DNA of 64,000 nucleotides from Octopus bimaculoides (lineage: Eukaryota), in assembly GCF_001194135.2 (NCBI RefSeq), contig NC_068984.1, positions 11,391,815 to 11,455,814 of the forward strand. Reading direction: 5' to 3'. Under the pieces are notes generated by a model. It was given only the letters and a program-made list of their open reading frames with translations, did no database searches and was not told where the DNA came from. Position 1 is the first letter of the stretch; each line of letters starts with the position of its first letter. This document shows positions 63,468-64,000 of this stretch, piece after piece. The position numbers and the translations under genes were made by a program.

Positions 63468-64000
63468 ATATAAATGTCTGTGTGTATTATTGTGCCTGTA
63501 CTTTTTTTCACCCCAACCACCACTTAACAAGTGCTAGTTTGTTTACATCCCTGTAATTTAGCTGTTCAGCGAAAGAGACAGATTAAGTAAATACCAAATT
63601 TAAAAAGAATAAGTACAAGGGTTGATTTGTTCAACTAAAACCTTTCAAGGCAGTACCCCAGCATGGCCACAGCCGAATGACTCAAACAAATAAAACATAT
63701 AGTGTCACTTGATAATTAGTGATTTTTCTTTTGTTTGTCAAGTTTTGTTTGGGTTTAATATGCAAAGACCGGAAACTGTCTTGTAATAATTTTTTTCTTT
63801 TTTTTTAACTTGGTTCAAAGTTCAGTTTTATAAGAGAAGAGATAAAAGATAATAAATCAGGTTTAGTCTGGGTTTTATCAGTCTTTGTGCTTTTCAATGT
63901 CAACATGTATATTTATATCTTATCTTAGGCACAAGTAATAAATAAATAAATATTAACTCGTATTTGTATATATTCTTTTTTAGAATGAACCATCCAGTTC
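35348..64000 (+). CDS. SUMF1: Formylglycine-generating enzyme (sulfatase-modifying factor 1), 3'-partial, 4 exons in window
   Basis: Signal peptide, SCGC motif, IPAGKFLMGT, DGEGP, FYMDIHEVSNAEFEKFV..TGYVTE|AEKFGNSFV, AAPWW...W...PEG, RMNHPV; exon phases consistent. Confidence 0.95.
36676..36702 (+). pseudogene. U6 snRNA 5' fragment
   Basis: TCGGCAGTACATATACTAAAATTGGAA matches the U6 5' region (TCGGCAGCACATATACTAAAATTGGAA, human) at 26/27. Confidence 0.7.
39475..39705 (+). mobile_element. SINE family B (alternative tail)
   Basis: GGCGAGCTGGCAGAAACGTTAGC...GTTTAGCCCCTTGTGGGCAATAAAA; reverse copy with the same tail at 52560-52800. Confidence 0.8.
39715..39930 (-). mobile_element. tRNA-headed SINE family C
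   Basis: Minus: TGGCTAAGTGGTTAGG...GAGTTCAAAACCC...TCCTTGAGCAAGACACTT; 3' part shared with the 45522-45907 SINE. Confidence 0.6.
40746..43440 (-). mobile_element. Array of six reverse family B SINEs separated by (AAT)n, plus a HINE-like element and (GAT/GAC)n
   Basis: Copies at about 40790-41001, 41733-41950, 42098-42290, 42653-42858, 42895-43100 and 43122-43338; gap at 41098-41714. Confidence 0.75.
41098..41714. other. Assembly gap within (AAT)n
   Basis: N run flanked by AAT repeats. Confidence 1.
43619..44333. other. Assembly gap
   Basis: N run. Confidence 1.
44551..44625 (+). CDS. SUMF1: SUMF1 exon 2: AEKFGNSFVMENYLSKATLKNVTQA
   Basis: ttttag|GCT...GCT|gtaagt; 75 nt. Confidence 0.95.
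44970..45230 (-). mobile_element. RTE ORF2 C-terminal fragment
   Basis: Minus: WDEV / RDDLRMPKL...KDRDTWYLAVLKK (frameshifted). Confidence 0.55.
45314..45985 (+). mobile_element. 5' LTR of a Gypsy element (about 276 bp without the inserted SINE)
   Basis: Starts TGTTGT, ends ATAACA; followed by PBS-like TGGCGACAAGGAT (45988-46000); homologous to 55371-55619. Confidence 0.8.
45522..45907 (+). mobile_element. Young tRNA-headed SINE family D inserted in the LTR
   Basis: A-box TGGCCCAGTGG, B-box GGTTTCGATTCC, (AAC) tail; 10-bp TSD ACACTGTTAC at 45512-45521 and 45908-45917. Confidence 0.85.
46059..46975 (+). pseudogene. Gypsy (Mag/K02A2.6-like) gag, disrupted
   Basis: YYRRYEEIF..DC..WSDEKKVRLLL...YCNFIL; in-frame stop at 46488-46490; frameshifts; degenerate Cys/His knuckles CYACRGLYFRKVC...CQKLGHKSSHC near 46860-46965. 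Confidence 0.85.
47020..47540 (-). pseudogene. RTE-clade LINE APE endonuclease fragment
   Basis: LRISTVNISTLKG...VDVCCIQEVLWRG; GVGIVL...DRVLKVRL; MAGDFNGYIG...NEEGTRLLE. Confidence 0.8.
48579..49052. mobile_element. Foldback/MITE with terminal inverted repeats of about 80 bp and nested inner inverted repeat
   Basis: ATATTTATCATAAGGGCAC...CTACCTGCTAGAAAGTGGAGTTAAAAC...CCAATGACAC mirrored at 48980-49052. Confidence 0.75.
51300..51780 (+). mobile_element. Degenerate LINE RT fragment (same type as 1160-1960)
   Basis: LNINDLPALTSTHCYFYIDDT at 51309-51371. Confidence 0.6.
51986..52401. other. Assembly gap within a SINE
   Basis: N run. Confidence 1.
53326..53997. mobile_element. Three stacked/nested piggyBac-type MITEs
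   Basis: TTAA at 53322-25, 53546-49, 53708-11, 53935-38 and 53998-54001; termini resemble CCC...GG. Confidence 0.7.
55150..55375 (+). mobile_element. SINE family B
   Basis: Full head-to-tail match to the family. Confidence 0.75.
55371..55619 (-). mobile_element. Solo (3'-clipped) LTR of the same Gypsy family
   Basis: Reverse complement TGTTGTGGCGAGAGTAC...ATAACACTGTTACAGTGTATTC aligns to 45314-45965 without the SINE. Confidence 0.8.
55710..55792 (+). CDS. SUMF1: SUMF1 exon 3: [27 protein letters not shown]
   Basis: ctttag|GTA...AG|gtgtgt; 83 nt. Confidence 0.95.
57003..57378 (+). mobile_element. RTE-LINE 3' UTR copy with four 65-nt units
   Basis: Aligns to 60670-61065; ends (GAT)n. Confidence 0.8.
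58154..58373. mobile_element. piggyBac-type MITE, 220 bp
   Basis: TTAA|CCCTTTAG...CTAAAGGG|TTAA; internal similarity to 53326-53545. Confidence 0.8.
58900..59330. mobile_element. Two family B SINEs in inverted, tail-to-tail arrangement
   Basis: Plus copy about 58900-59090, minus copy about 59110-59328. Confidence 0.65.
60459..61065 (+). mobile_element. 5'-truncated RTE LINE: ORF2 C-terminus plus 3' UTR plus (GAT)n
   Basis: PRPRKTWDEVVKHDLRTLGFTEAMTSDRDL*KYAVHEKTQQAK* (60459-60590), then UTR. Confidence 0.85.
61149..61645. mobile_element. Foldback element with inverted arms of about 157 bp
   Basis: 61149-61305 vs reverse complement of 61487-61645, roughly 90% identical by eye. Confidence 0.85.
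61981..63200 (-). mobile_element. Mariner (DD34D) DNA transposon, near full length; one TIR hidden in gap
   Basis: TIR-like CAGGTCATCCCATAAGTTCT after (TA)n at 61981; transposase inside; (TA)n again after the gap at 63421. Confidence 0.9.
62055..63083 (-). pseudogene. Mariner transposase, 342 codons, two nonsense mutations, no frameshift
   Basis: MEVSKDHLRH...WVPREL...TGEKKW...HQDNARP...YSPDLAPSDY; D-34-D spacing counted; stops at 62373-75 and 62097-99. Confidence 0.9.
63201..63420. other. Assembly gap at the mariner 5' end
   Basis: N run followed by (TA)n. Confidence 1.
63984..64000 (+). CDS. SUMF1: SUMF1 exon 4 start: (R)MNHPV, cut by window end
   Basis: tttttag|A ATG AAC CAT CCA GTT; phase completes AG+A=Arg; matches the expected HPVLHVSW segment. 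Confidence 0.8.

Overview
AT-rich eukaryotic genomic DNA with five assembly gaps. It is inferred to be octopus (coleoid cephalopod), from the repeat landscape and genes; a BLAST search would confirm this. Two plus-strand genes were reconstructed by hand from splice sites and reading-frame continuity. (1) The 3' part of DCAF1/VprBP: 28 coding exons between 89 and 28907, 3123 nt, about 1040 aa plus stop, covering the ARM-like region, LisH, WD40 and acidic tail. The 5' exons lie upstream of the window. One intron (22393-23938) has the minor-spliceosome (U12) signature. (2) The first four exons of SUMF1 (formylglycine-generating enzyme): 35348-35731, 44551-44625, 55710-55792 and 63984 to the window end. 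The rest is transposon-derived: tRNA-headed SINEs with shuffled modules, RTE/CR1-type LINE fragments, a Gypsy LTR-gag remnant, a full-length dead mariner, piggyBac-, hAT- and Helentron-type non-autonomous elements, several foldback elements and a U6 snRNA fragment. No prokaryotic-type system such as CRISPR is present. The best leads are the U12 intron, a 65-nt-period hairpin array in the RTE LINE 3' UTR, several intronic dsRNA-forming inverted repeats, and a 300-bp duplication flanking a DCAF1 exon. Repeat boundaries are approximate unless TSDs or TIRs are quoted.
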